Source of the DNA: Spirochaetales bacterium
GTDB lineage: Bacteria > Bacillota > Clostridia > Christensenellales > UBA1242
Assembly (NCBI GenBank): GCA_050178795.1
Contig: JBFXFT010000003.1
Coordinates: forward strand, 75,264 to 139,263
Length of the DNA: 64,000 bases
Direction: 5' to 3'
Shown: piece after piece, positions 63,164 through 64,000 of the stretch
Position numbering within the stretch: position 1 is the stretch's first letter
Layout: every line of letters begins with the position of its first letter
Notes under the pieces: generated by a model
The model's input: the letters and a program-made list of their open reading frames with translations, nothing else
What the model was told of the DNA's origin: nothing
The model's database searches: none
Position numbers and translations under genes: made by a program

Positions 63164-63811
63164 CTAAAATGCTTGTACGGTATCTGTATCTTTTGAGGTT
63201 ACGCTCCTGCGCAATTTTTTTGCAAGTTTTCTAAAATGCTTGCGGTTTTCTTTAATTGCCTTATATATCGCGGTGTCCTTGTCGTATCTATACATCATTT
63301 TAAAAATTCTTCTATCTACGCTTGTAGGTCTGCCGTCTTCTTCTGTTTGTAAGTTTGCAAAAGTAATTATTTCTATATAACTATGAACATTTGGTCTTTC
63401 TGCAAGAAGTTTGTGCGCCTCGTTGTATATATGAATTATTTTATCGTCACCTAAATGCCTTGCCTCTGCTTGCCCTGCCGTATGAAACATAAGCGTTAAT
63501 GCAATGTCCTCACTTAGCCCCTTTTCAATGGCAAAGATGGCAGCATCTAGTGCATATAGCCCTCTATGTTTTACCCTTTTTGAATAACCAATATAATGCA
63601 AAAATGCTATTTGTTCTAGGTCATCTATTTCTTGTTCTGACATATCAAAAGACTTTTCTATTCCTCGAACTTGACCCACTACACCAAGTGTGTGCTTGTA
63701 GTGATTGTCTGTTTCGTCAAAATATTTTGAAAACTCAAAAACATCAAATTTTTTATTTAATGGATTTACCCTAACATCGTACTGGCTTTTAAAAATTTCT
63801 AATAGGCTCAT
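63164..63811 (-). CDS. HD-domain-like protein with HY in place of the HD dyad
   Basis: YKHTLGVVGQV ... IAFLHYIGYSK ... MFHTAGQ has the spacing of an HD phosphohydrolase, but the Asp of the H-D pair reads Tyr. Confidence 0.65.
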   Translation of the reverse strand: MSLLEIFKSQYDVRVNPLNKKFDVFEFSKYFDETDNHYKHTLGVVGQVRGIEKSFDMSEQEIDDLEQIAFLHYIGYSKRVKHRGLYALDAAIFAIEKGLSEDIALTLMFHTAGQAEARHLGDDKIIHIYNEAHKLLAERPNVHSYIEIITFANLQTEEDGRPTSVDRRIFKMMYRYDKDTAIYKAIKENRKHFRKLAKKLRRSVTSKDTDTVQAF

Positions 63812-63977
63812 ATTGTTCCCTCAATTTTTTATTACTTACATTTAATATAACATATTTTAAAAAACCTTTCAATTATTATGCGTTTATTTGTAAAACTAAA
63901 TATTGGCGCAACTTTAACAAAATAAAATTACATTTGACAAAACTCGCCATTCTCATTACACTATATTTAACCTATTA

Positions 63978-64000
63978 GCACTCGTAGTGAAATGGATATC
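63978..64000 (+). tRNA. 5' end of a tRNA gene truncated by the window edge (isotype undeterminable)
   Basis: GCACTCG TA GTGA AATGGATA TC... fits acceptor arm + U8/A9 + D stem-loop. A TTGACA box lies about 40 nt upstream. Confidence 0.4.

Overview
This is an AT-rich (about one-third G+C by eye, not computed) bacterial chromosomal segment. Gene content looks like Bacillota/Mycoplasmatota. About 60 protein genes are packed almost back-to-back and mostly separated by clear hairpin terminators. RNA genes are one complete tRNA-Arg(CCU), a truncated duplicate of its 3' half, and the 5' end of another tRNA at the right edge.

Housekeeping backbone: cca (partial), mscL, bcp, leuS, a short alaS, dnaB, typA, folD, ndk, hup, radC, lepB, ogt, an AlkA-like glycosylase, two tandem RumA-type rRNA methyltransferases and three ABC systems.

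Accessory and surface islands:
- (i) 1315-9833: a 1895-aa lipoprotein, then sipW, then three TasA/camelysin-like paralogs.
- (ii) Several lipoproteins built from Listeria-Bacteroides/InlB-B-type repeats.
- (iii) An SPFH-zinc-ribbon gene plus a double-zinc-ribbon membrane protein gene.
- (iv) 49284-55177: a second GLUG-repeat surface protein, two coiled-coil proteins and an ECF sigma/anti-sigma pair.
- (v) 55227-59757: four tandem, signal-less paralogs with a transglutaminase-like Cys-His-Asp core. This is my top candidate for an undescribed system.

I saw no CRISPR array, transposase, integrase, restriction-modification genes or recognisable defence genes. All family assignments come from motif recognition by eye. 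No database or structure searches were run, so they are hypotheses to verify.
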